From positions 1 through 26,797 of the IMG/VR virus record IMGVR_UViG_3300010366_000058: a stretch of DNA of 26,797 nucleotides; one strand, 5' to 3'. Positions within the stretch are counted from its first letter, which is position 1. Each line of letters begins with the position of its first letter. This document shows positions 7,757 to 15,735 of the stretch, piece after piece. The translations under genes and the position numbers were made by a program. Origin of the DNA: a virus (Duplodnaviria; Caudoviricetes). The notes under the pieces are model-generated. The model saw only the letters and a list, made by a program, of their open reading frames with translations, did not search any database and was not told where the DNA came from.

Positions 7757-8086
7757 ATGAAAGTGGACTTCTCAAAGATCATTCGGAATCTCCAGGGCGA
7801 GCCCATTAAGGAGACCGAAGGGGGCAAGGATTTGACCCTGGGGATGGTCTCGGCGACCGCCCTGCTGGCCTCGTTCCCCGACGAAACCGGGCTCGAGGGC
7901 TCGGACAAGTACAAGCGGTTCAAACTGGCACTGTTGGTGGCCGAGGGTGGAGTGCAGGAAGTCGAGGTCGAGCAGGCGGCCCTGTTGAAAAAGCTGTTGT
8001 CCAAGGCCTATGGCCCGCTTGTGGTGGGCCGGTCCTATGAGATCATCGAAGAGTCCAAAGTCGTGGCGGTGAAGAAAGCGGGCTAA
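7757..8086 (+). CDS. hypothetical protein, possible fibre assembly chaperone (109 aa)
   Basis: TAAGGAG RBS before ATG 7757; small helical charged protein directly after the fibre genes. Confidence 0.7.
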   Translation: MKVDFSKIIRNLQGEPIKETEGGKDLTLGMVSATALLASFPDETGLEGSDKYKRFKLALLVAEGGVQEVEVEQAALLKKLLSKAYGPLVVGRSYEIIEESKVVAVKKAG

Positions 8087-8087
8087 A

Positions 8088-10136
8088 ATGGCTATCATGG
8101 CCGCATATACCGACTCGGGGCAGGTCCAGGGCAAGGCCCAGCCCACAACTGAGGTCGAGGACCCGAGCTACTGGACGCTTCACAAGTTGAAGCAGGCCTA
8201 TCTCGACTATCTGTGGCTGAAACGAGCCGAGATCGACGAACAACAGAACTCACGACGGTACCGCCACGGCTCGCAATGGACATCGGCCCAGGTCGAGGTG
8301 TTCAACGCCCGCAAACAGCCCGTGGTAACCTATAATCGAGTCGGTCGGAAGATCGACGCGATTGTAGGGCTGTTGGAGAAGCTCAAGCAGGACCCCAAGG
8401 CCTTCCCGCGAACGCCTCAGGGCGGTGACGGGGCTGATCTGGCCACCGCGATAGTGCGATATGTGATCGACTCCCAGCTTAGGCAGGTCTGTTTCCCGTA
8501 CTGTACGGAAAATGGGGCCACAGATGGGATAGGTTGCGTTGAGATGCAACTGGTGAAGGGCGATAAGGGCGATCGGGACGTGGGCTTCAATCGAGTCCAA
8601 CCCGACGGGTTCTTCTATGACCCAAAGTCATTCGAGCACGATTTCAGTGATGCCAGGTATATGGGCTATGCGAAGTGGATGGACGTTGACGATGCTGTCT
8701 CGTTGGCGCCTGAGAAAGAGGAGGAAATTCGGTTCCAGATGGCGTCGGACAGCGAGTTGACGACGAACCCAGACCGCGATAAGAATTGGTTTGGGGTCGA
8801 ACAGCCCTCCGGTCGACGCCGGGTGCGAGTGGTCGATCTTTGGTACCGTCATCGAGGCGGTTGGTGCTGGTGTCTGTTCACGGGCACGACGAAACTGATT
8901 GAGGGCTACAGTTACTTCTTTGATGAGAAGGGTGATCCGATCTGCAAATTCATTGCGTTCTCGGCGTTTATCGATCAGGACGGGGACCGATATGGCTTTG
9001 TCCGGGGACTGAAGTCGTCCCAGGACGAGATCAATCAGCGCCGCTCGAAGGGCCTGCACGAGTTGAATTCTCGCCGCATTAAGGCCGAGGACGGGGCCTT
9101 TACTGATCCGGAGAAGACCCGCCGCGAGGCCGTTAGGCCGGACGGGATGGTGATCTACAACAAGGGCTTTGAGATGGAGTTCGATGATCAGGCCCGGATC
9201 ATGAATATGGAAGGCCAATTGAAGTTTTTGGAGGACGCGAAAAATGAAATCGAGAATTTTGGCCCCAATCCCGCCCTCATTGGTCAAGGACTCGAGTACA
9301 AATCTGGAAGAGCTATTAGCCTCCTGCAGCAGGCTGGCATTGCCGAACTCGGTCCGTTCGTCATTAATTACAAGAACTGGAAGCTCAGACTTTATCGGGC
9401 GATTTGGGCGGCCGTTCAAAAATACTGGACAGGAGAACGTTGGGTGAGGGTGACGGGCAATCAGGACGTCGCGCAGTTTATCCAGATCAATGGGGTCGGA
9501 ATAGACCCTCAGACCGGCTTCCCCAAGCTAGTCAACGCCCTAGGTCAATTGGACGTGAACTTCATCATGGACGAGGGACCGGACGAAGTCAATATGATGG
9601 CGGATGCCTACGATACGCTGACCGCCCTCGCAACCCAGGGCGCCCAGATACCGCCTCAGGTTATGCTTGAGTTGGCGCCGCTGAACAACGACGTGAAGAA
9701 GCGCCTGATTGGAATGGTCCAACAGGCCCAACAGCCCGATCCGATGAAACAGCAGGTCCAGCAACTTATGCTCCAGGGCGAGGCCGCCAAGATCCAGGAA
9801 ACGCAATCGAAGACCGCCCTCAATCAGGCCACCGCCCAGGAAAAGGCCCAGGGTGGGGCTCATGGGATGATCGAGCGTGTGTTCGACGCCCAACAGAAGC
9901 AACAGGAATTCCGGATGAAGATGGCCGAGGGCCAGCAAAAGATCGGGCTCGAGCACTTGAAGAGCCGGACCAAGATGATGGGCGACCTCGCCAATCTGCA
10001 CATGACGGCTATGAGTCATGGGCAGCAAATGCAGCACGATGAGGCGGCCCATCAACAGTCTATGATGCACGAGGCACAGATGGCCGCGATACGACGACAG
10101 ACCGCGGCCCGACCTATGGGAGGTCTCGGTGGCTAA
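8088..10136 (+). CDS. portal protein, P22-like
   Basis: 682 aa. Y.HGSQWT...RKQPVVTYNRV, FFYDP...DFSDARY, RYGFVRGLKSSQDEINQRRSK, and a Q/M-rich C-terminal coiled-coil barrel. Confidence 0.93.
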   Translation: MAIMAAYTDSGQVQGKAQPTTEVEDPSYWTLHKLKQAYLDYLWLKRAEIDEQQNSRRYRHGSQWTSAQVEVFNARKQPVVTYNRVGRKIDAIVGLLEKLKQDPKAFPRTPQGGDGADLATAIVRYVIDSQLRQVCFPYCTENGATDGIGCVEMQLVKGDKGDRDVGFNRVQPDGFFYDPKSFEHDFSDARYMGYAKWMDVDDAVSLAPEKEEEIRFQMASDSELTTNPDRDKNWFGVEQPSGRRRVRVVDLWYRHRGGWCWCLFTGTTKLIEGYSYFFDEKGDPICKFIAFSAFIDQDGDRYGFVRGLKSSQDEINQRRSKGLHELNSRRIKAEDGAFTDPEKTRREAVRPDGMVIYNKGFEMEFDDQARIMNMEGQLKFLEDAKNEIENFGPNPALIGQGLEYKSGRAISLLQQAGIAELGPFVINYKNWKLRLYRAIWAAVQKYWTGERWVRVTGNQDVAQFIQINGVGIDPQTGFPKLVNALGQLDVNFIMDEGPDEVNMMADAYDTLTALATQGAQIPPQVMLELAPLNNDVKKRLIGMVQQAQQPDPMKQQVQQLMLQGEAAKIQETQSKTALNQATAQEKAQGGAHGMIERVFDAQQKQQEFRMKMAEGQQKIGLEHLKSRTKMMGDLANLHMTAMSHGQQMQHDEAAHQQSMMHEAQMAAIRRQTAARPMGGLGG

Positions 10137-10317
10137 TTGGATCAAGGGTGCCATCAAGCACCCGGGGGCGGAGACCGCAAAGGCCAAGAAGGCAGGCGAG
10201 AGTCCAATGGAGTTCGCGCGAGCGCACAAGGGCGCGCCGGGGAAGACCGGGGCGCAATCGAGGCTCGCATTGACGCTCTCAAAGTTGAGGCCCGGTGGAT
10301 ATAAGGGAAAACGGTGA
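10129..10317 (+). CDS. small basic phage protein (62 aa, WIKGAIKHPGA family)
   Basis: GGAGG RBS, GTG start overlapping the portal end, K/R-rich, TGATG coupling to the next gene. Confidence 0.8.
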   Translation: MANWIKGAIKHPGAETAKAKKAGESPMEFARAHKGAPGKTGAQSRLALTLSKLRPGGYKGKR

Positions 10318-10511
10318 TGCCACTGATCAAGAGTGCCTCCAAGGAGGCCGTAGGAAAGAACATTGAACGGGAAGTCGAGGCGGGTAAGCCCCAGAAACAG
10401 GCCGTCGCGATAGCGCTCGAGACTCAGCGCCGCGCGGGCGGGGGAAAGCCCAAGCCCAAAGGGGGCGGTCTGTCCGCCCTTCGATCCGGAGGTTACAGAG
10501 GAAAACGCTGA
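10317..10511 (+). CDS. small basic phage protein (64 aa, GKPQKQAVAIAL motif)
   Basis: MPL.KS.S...V..NI..E..AGKPQKQAVAIAL is a recurrent small head-region protein pattern; translationally coupled. Confidence 0.85.
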   Translation: MPLIKSASKEAVGKNIEREVEAGKPQKQAVAIALETQRRAGGGKPKPKGGGLSALRSGGYRGKR

Positions 10512-10579
10512 CTCCGAGCGACATCGGAGGCGCAAGCGTCCAGCGAAATGGGCGAGTCGTAACCCCAACGAGACTGGGG
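10512..10579 (+). promoter_or_regulatory. three stem-loops with RCGANA loops in the scaffold leader
   Basis: CTCCGA-gcgaca-TCGGAG, CGTCCA-gcgaaa-TGGGCG, CCCCA-acgagac-TGGGG, immediately before the AAGGAG RBS. Confidence 0.7.
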
Positions 10580-10592
10580 GAAGGAGAGTACA

Positions 10593-11426
10593 ATGGCAGA
10601 CGAAAGGCCGCTCAGCCCTGAGGACCAAAATCAGCTCGAGATGTTCCGTCAAACACTCGCGCCCGAAGTGCCTCCGGAGGCCCCTAGCATCCCACCCGCT
10701 TCTGGAGGCCAGCCCCCGGCGACTGAAGTCCCAGCTCCGGCGCCGGGGGCGCCCACCGAGGTACCGCCTGAACAGGTGCCTTCGTGGAGGCTTCGGGAAG
10801 AGTCGGAGGCCAGGAGGGCCGCCGAGGGTCGGGCCGCCGCGCTCGAACAGCGGCTCGGCGAGATTGATCGGTACTTGGAACAGCAACGAGCCCAACAAGC
10901 CCCCACCAAGAGCCCGGATTTTTTCGAGAATCCGGACATGGCAGTCAGGAACGTTATCGCCCAGGTGATGATACCCTATCTACAGGAAGGGCAACGAGTC
11001 AGCATGGCGAACGCACAACTGATTGCCTACGCGGTTCATGGTCAGGAAGAGGTCAGCAAGGCTGAGCAGGCCTTTCTCGAGGCAGTAAACGCACAGAGCC
11101 TCGATCCGATGGAGTACGAACAGGTCGTACAATCTCCAAATCGCTTCGACGCCGCCGTCAAGTGGTATAAGAAGCAATCGGTTCTGTCTAGCGTGGGTTC
11201 GAATCCAGAGGAATGGTTCCAGAAGCGACTGGACGCCGCGATGGCCGATCCAGCGTTTCAGACCAAGGTCCTCGAGAAGATCCGGGCCAGCGCGAGTACT
11301 CGTCCCGGAGAGGTACGGTTGCCACCGTCGCTCACTCGAGTCCCTGGCTCCTCTGGTGGAGGTGGCGAGGTGACTGGAGATTTGAGCGATAGAAGCCTCT
11401 TTGACTTCGCCAGACCTGGGCGATGA
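10593..11426 (+). CDS. capsid scaffolding protein
   Basis: Between portal and MCP. Acidic/Pro-rich N-terminus, VPSWRLREE..ARR coiled coil, PDFFENP motif, LPPSL-containing C-terminal tail. Confidence 0.85.
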   Translation: MADERPLSPEDQNQLEMFRQTLAPEVPPEAPSIPPASGGQPPATEVPAPAPGAPTEVPPEQVPSWRLREESEARRAAEGRAAALEQRLGEIDRYLEQQRAQQAPTKSPDFFENPDMAVRNVIAQVMIPYLQEGQRVSMANAQLIAYAVHGQEEVSKAEQAFLEAVNAQSLDPMEYEQVVQSPNRFDAAVKWYKKQSVLSSVGSNPEEWFQKRLDAAMADPAFQTKVLEKIRASASTRPGEVRLPPSLTRVPGSSGGGGEVTGDLSDRSLFDFARPGR

Positions 11427-11437
11427 TTGGGGAGGCA

Positions 11438-11481
11438 ATGATACCTATATGTCGGTTTCCGACATAGCGGTATGATTCACT
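11438..11481 (+). repeat. 44-nt hairpin element, copy 2, in the major capsid leader
   Basis: atgatacctatatgtcggtttccgacatagcggtatgattcact. Stems TATGTCGG/CCGACATA and ATACC/GGTAT. Ends directly before the GAAAGGA RBS. Confidence 0.9.
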
Positions 11482-11498
11482 GAAAGGACGACCCAGCC

Positions 11499-12653
11499 AT
11501 GGCTGTGTCAGAAATCCAAGTAAACAACAAACTCATCAAGTTCACTCAGGAGATCAATCGAGAGTTTGTTCGTGAGAATATGTTCTCGCCCTACATGGGC
11601 GAGGCAGCAAATGCCATCATCCGGCTGAGAATGGATCTCAAGCAGGGTGGTGAGGACATGAATATTCCCATTGTCGCGCGGTTGCGCGGCGCTGGGGTCG
11701 CTACCGAAACGCTGGTCGGTAACGAAGAGAAGATCGATAACTATGGGATGAGAGTCCGGGTCGAGTGGGCTCGAAATGCCGTGGTTATGAACAAGGCTGA
11801 GATGCAGAAGGATAGCGCCGATATCTTCGGCGAGGCCAAGCCGCTTCTCAGTGACTGGGGCAAAGAGCTGCAACGGGACGAGATTATCTCGGCGCTGATG
11901 GCCATTCCGAGTGAGACTCTTCCCACCAGCTCTGGTGGCCAGCGAGTAAATGGCGTCCTGTACAACGTGGCGACGGCCAGTCAGTTGAACGACTTCAATG
12001 CCGTCAACAAAGATCGGTTGCTGTTCGGCAACTCGACCACGGGCTGGAACGCCACCCACGCGACTGCACTTACGGGCGTGGACAATACGAACGATAAGTG
12101 TACGGCGGCCAATCTATCGTTGGCCAAACGTATGGCTATGAACGCCGACCCAAAGATCCGTCCATTCAAGACAAAGGACGGGTACGAGTACTATGTGGCG
12201 TTCATGGGCACTAACCCGTTCCGCGATCTGAAGATCGACCTTCAGACCGTGAACAAAGACGCTCGCGCGCGTGAAGGGCGCGGGATGGACGACAACCCGA
12301 TCTTCCAGGACGGTGACCAGATCTATGATGGCGTGATCGCTCGATGCGTGCCGGAGATCTCGAATATGGTCACTAACGTCTGGACGAACTTGCTCACCGC
12401 GGGCGCCTCGAGTGGTCGCGTTGAGCCGGTATTCCTCTGCGGCCAACAGGCCGCGGTGATGGCCTGGGGCCAGATGGCGAAGCCCACGTTCCGTAAAGAG
12501 GACGACTACGGCTTTGTCAATGGCGTAGGCATCGAGATGGCCTACGGCGTGTCGAAGATGTACAAGAAGCACCCCTACAATTCGGCGGCGACTCCAACGC
12601 CGTTGAAGCAGTGGGGAATGGTGACTGCCTTCTTCGGCTCGGCGGCGGATTAA
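11499..12653 (+). CDS. major capsid protein (N4-gp56/DUF4043-like, HK97 fold)
   Basis: 384 aa after the scaffold gene. FSPYMG...II...DL, L.G.GV...LVGNEE, RNAV, LCGQQA..MAWG, EDDYGF..GVGI...YGV.K. Confidence 0.92.
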   Translation: MAVSEIQVNNKLIKFTQEINREFVRENMFSPYMGEAANAIIRLRMDLKQGGEDMNIPIVARLRGAGVATETLVGNEEKIDNYGMRVRVEWARNAVVMNKAEMQKDSADIFGEAKPLLSDWGKELQRDEIISALMAIPSETLPTSSGGQRVNGVLYNVATASQLNDFNAVNKDRLLFGNSTTGWNATHATALTGVDNTNDKCTAANLSLAKRMAMNADPKIRPFKTKDGYEYYVAFMGTNPFRDLKIDLQTVNKDARAREGRGMDDNPIFQDGDQIYDGVIARCVPEISNMVTNVWTNLLTAGASSGRVEPVFLCGQQAAVMAWGQMAKPTFRKEDDYGFVNGVGIEMAYGVSKMYKKHPYNSAATPTPLKQWGMVTAFFGSAAD

Positions 12654-12664
12654 GGGAGGGAACC

Positions 12665-13084
12665 ATGCCAAATCCTGTGACCGGACTCAACAATCAGGTT
12701 CCCGCTCGTGACTTCGGTTACGAGAGCGTGCAATATCTGCGCCGCAATATCGGTTTTGGGGTGCAGGCGACCGCGATCGAGGTCGGAAAGCTCCCGCCCG
12801 GTGCTATTGTGGTGGGTGGAGGCATTCTGGTCAAGACGGCGTTCAATGCTGGCTCGACCAACCCCGTTGCTGTTGGTTTTGGCATCTGGGGAGGTGATGC
12901 AGCGGCAAACTCGAGCTATTATGGCTCGTCGGCTGGTGCTGCCGGATTTACGGCAATCACACTCACGGCTGTTCAGCCAAGCACTATGGAACGGCAAGTG
13001 ACAGTGACCTACACGCCTACTGGCACCGCGGCGAGTGCCGGTGAGGCCGAGGTTATCGTCACGTTTGTGACTCCGAAGGGTTAA
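12665..13084 (+). CDS. putative capsid decoration/cement protein (139 aa)
   Basis: GGGAGG RBS, directly after the MCP. VGKLPPGA.V....V.TAFNAG...AG.A.V pattern of small beta-sandwich capsid proteins. Confidence 0.75.
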   Translation: MPNPVTGLNNQVPARDFGYESVQYLRRNIGFGVQATAIEVGKLPPGAIVVGGGILVKTAFNAGSTNPVAVGFGIWGGDAAANSSYYGSSAGAAGFTAITLTAVQPSTMERQVTVTYTPTGTAASAGEAEVIVTFVTPKG

Positions 13085-13096
13085 AGGAGCCTCCCT

Positions 13097-13152
13097 GACG
13101 TGGTACCCGGCCACGTCGACTTTGGGGAGGATCACTTGATCCTCCCCACTTT
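13097..13152 (+). terminator. two hairpins after the capsid genes; probable terminator or processing signal
   Basis: GACGTGG/CCACGTC (13097-13117) and a perfect 12-bp inverted repeat TGGGGAGGATCA/TGATCCTCCCCA (13123-13148), followed only by CTTT. Confidence 0.55.
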
Positions 13153-13163
13153 GGAGAACGAAG

Positions 13164-13697
13164 ATGGCTGGCCTCGAAGACCTCACCCAGAACAGTTACT
13201 CCCAGGTCGATCCCTACTCACCCTACAGGGTGGCCTCGATCGACAATCAGCGAGTGTACATTCCGATGCCTCGATCGGACCCGAGATCAAACGTGCCGAT
13301 GCCGAGGCCCAGCCCCCTTGGTGGCCCCGCCGGGGCGTTCAGTGATATTGCGGCTGGGGCGATGACTGGAATGGGCCAGGAAATGTCCTCGCTCGCGGGG
13401 CTTCCTCGCTCGTACATGGAGGCCATAAACAAAGGAGGTTATCAAGCTATTCCGGACTGGCTCATCAAGAAGCTCCCGACCGAGGAACAGGCCGCCGAGC
13501 AACTCGCCAAGTACAAACGGTTCCTGCCACTCAGCGATGCCGCACTTGCGCGATTGGGACTTGGTCCTCAGACTACGTATGGTGAGTGGGCTCAGAAAGC
13601 GGGGCAGTTCGCGCCGTTCCTTCCAGCTTGGCAGCTTAGGGCGCTGAGACCCCTTATTGGGGGAATCTATGGTGCGGAAAGTATGGCACCTCCATGA
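13164..13697 (+). CDS. hypothetical protein, possibly virion/ejection-related (177 aa)
   Basis: GGAGA RBS; ATGA coupling to the tailspike gene; PMPR repeats. Confidence 0.7.
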   Translation: MAGLEDLTQNSYSQVDPYSPYRVASIDNQRVYIPMPRSDPRSNVPMPRPSPLGGPAGAFSDIAAGAMTGMGQEMSSLAGLPRSYMEAINKGGYQAIPDWLIKKLPTEEQAAEQLAKYKRFLPLSDAALARLGLGPQTTYGEWAQKAGQFAPFLPAWQLRALRPLIGGIYGAESMAPP

Positions 13698-15370
13698 CCG
13701 CATTGTTGCCAGATCTGTTACCTCCCTCAACGTTCCTGACGAACGCTGATTTAATCACGCCCGAGTGGTATGATTGGCTACGTAGATTTCGGGCAGCGGT
13801 TCCGGTGGCGCCCCCGACAGTCACCAATTACGCCCATAGCACCTTTCTCCTTGCAGAGAAGATTTGTTCCGATCTTGGCACGCCACTGGTCAATGACAAC
13901 GGGGTCAGTGACCAGAACGCCAAGTTGCAGAGCGCGATCAACTTCGTAGCGGCTCAGAGGTCGGCATTCGGTATTACAGGGGGTGGGAGACTGCAGTTAC
14001 CACCCTGGACCATAGGCTGTTTTGGTGGAGGTAATCCACTGAAAGTGCCCAGTGGCATTACACTGGTGGGTCAGGGCCAAGGACAACTGTATAGGGTCGG
14101 AGTGGCATATCTGGATGGTGGGGTGGGAGTCCCACACTACACTCCAGTGCCGCCTCCATGGATGCGAACTGCATGGGGAACGAAGCTCAAGAACGTTGGA
14201 CCGGCTACAGGTGGGCCTGGAATTTGGTTAACTAACGGCGACACCAACCTGGTTCAGGCGCCGGGCGTCGAGAACCTAACGATCGATATGAGTGGGCCTG
14301 ATTGGCGGTCGACTCCTGGATCGTCGTCTGGGGCTCCAAATGCAAGCCACAGGATAGCAATTCTCCAGAACAATAACTGGGGATGCACTATACGGAATGT
14401 GGATATTTGCTTCGCGGGCGAGGGCATTCGCTCGGAGGTCGGAACCGCCCCGTACAATACCCTCACTGTTACCTCGCACTACGAGAACGTTCGGATAGGT
14501 AACGTCTACAACGGGATAGTGATAAATGGATCGCCTCCTGGAACCGCGGTCGCGGACAGTCGGTTCTATCATGTCTACGTCTGGGACGCGGAGCGAGCGG
14601 CGCTGGATGTAGTCCGTCACTCGGACAACGTCTATCACTTTGGGTGTGACTATCGGGCCAACGGCCCAGGCTCAGCTGGGGCCGGTGCGATCCTGTTTAA
14701 CAGTTCGAACGAGAGTGCCGCGACCACCGCGGTCTACCATACGTTCTATGGGTGTGAGTGTGTGGGGGCCGCGAAGCCAAGTCAGTTCCCGAATACTGAT
14801 CCGGGGTGGCCACTCGATCAGTCCGCCGCGATGGTGATTAACCAGATCGGCAACCATTCGTTTGCCTGGGACGGTCATTTCCCAGTCGGTGGGATTATTG
14901 GGGCCGGAGTCCCGAACGCCTGGTTCCGCTTTGCGGGCCAGTCAATGCTGCAGACCGATTTCTCGTTGTGGACCGGAAACGTGCTGTCACCTGGTAACAA
15001 CACAGGTATGGTCCCGGCCGCGGTCTCGACGATGATCAGGATCGACATGACCGATTTCTGTCGGGCTGATCTGGGACCGACCTATTTGCCGCTCTGTATT
15101 AAAAAGGCCCAGGTTTATTTGCGGTGGAAGCCAGATGCCGCTGGAGATGTTGCATACATAACTAATCCGGATACTCATGCAGTTATGGCATCAGTAACGG
15201 CCTCCTCAAATGCGCGCCAGGAGATCTGGCTTGACGTACTTCCGTGGATCATCGCGAATAATTACTACTCGAATACTAACGCCGGGTTTCAGTTAGAATA
15301 CTCAAACGTAACCACTACCGGCCCGTCGTTCGAGAAGTGCGTGCTCCGTATCAAGTATACAAACATATAG
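13694..15370 (+). CDS. tailspike / polysaccharide depolymerase with parallel beta-helix
   Basis: Pectate-lyase-3-like entry DNGVSDQNAKLQSAIN...GGGRLQLPP...LKVPSGITLVGQG, then beta-helix rungs (VENLTID, IRNVDI, YENVRI). Confidence 0.85.
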   Translation: MTALLPDLLPPSTFLTNADLITPEWYDWLRRFRAAVPVAPPTVTNYAHSTFLLAEKICSDLGTPLVNDNGVSDQNAKLQSAINFVAAQRSAFGITGGGRLQLPPWTIGCFGGGNPLKVPSGITLVGQGQGQLYRVGVAYLDGGVGVPHYTPVPPPWMRTAWGTKLKNVGPATGGPGIWLTNGDTNLVQAPGVENLTIDMSGPDWRSTPGSSSGAPNASHRIAILQNNNWGCTIRNVDICFAGEGIRSEVGTAPYNTLTVTSHYENVRIGNVYNGIVINGSPPGTAVADSRFYHVYVWDAERAALDVVRHSDNVYHFGCDYRANGPGSAGAGAILFNSSNESAATTAVYHTFYGCECVGAAKPSQFPNTDPGWPLDQSAAMVINQIGNHSFAWDGHFPVGGIIGAGVPNAWFRFAGQSMLQTDFSLWTGNVLSPGNNTGMVPAAVSTMIRIDMTDFCRADLGPTYLPLCIKKAQVYLRWKPDAAGDVAYITNPDTHAVMASVTASSNARQEIWLDVLPWIIANNYYSNTNAGFQLEYSNVTTTGPSFEKCVLRIKYTNI

Positions 15371-15378
15371 GTCACAGT

Positions 15379-15735
15379 ATGTCAACCGCTGTCCAGCTAA
15401 CCAAGTCCCGCCTCGAGTTGACCAGGGAGGTCGCCAATAAGCTTCGCATTGTTGGGACGGGCCAAAGCCTCGAGCCCGAGTACGCGGAGGAGATCGACTC
15501 GCGGATCGATCCCTTGCTGTTGCAGTTATCGTTCGATGGGATCTGCCACGTCAGTAATACCGAGGAGATTCCGGGGGAATGGTACGATCCTCTTGCGAGC
15601 TTGCTCGCCAATCTATGTGCGGGGATGAAAGGGGGCGCGTTCGATCCCCAACTCAAACAGTACTATGAGATGATGCTGAAACGGATCACTTCATCGAAAC
15701 CGACGTTCGAGGTGATGCAGACCGAGTACTTCTAA
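15379..15735 (+). CDS. head-to-tail adaptor, P22 gp4-like (118 aa)
   Basis: L.IVGTGQS...E.....ID......L...GI, IPGEWYDPLASLLA; directly before the gp10-like gene. Confidence 0.8.
   Translation: MSTAVQLTKSRLELTREVANKLRIVGTGQSLEPEYAEEIDSRIDPLLLQLSFDGICHVSNTEEIPGEWYDPLASLLANLCAGMKGGAFDPQLKQYYEMMLKRITSSKPTFEVMQTEYF

Noticed and set aside
9540-10898. Long antisense ORFs (452 aa here; also 2211..2966, 8628..9419, 16197..16886)
   Set aside because: Shadow frames of GC-rich sense genes, with no motifs or RBS support.
13100-13345. 81-aa ORF with an AAGGAG upstream
   Set aside because: Crosses two strong hairpins and overlaps the better supported 13164 gene out of frame.
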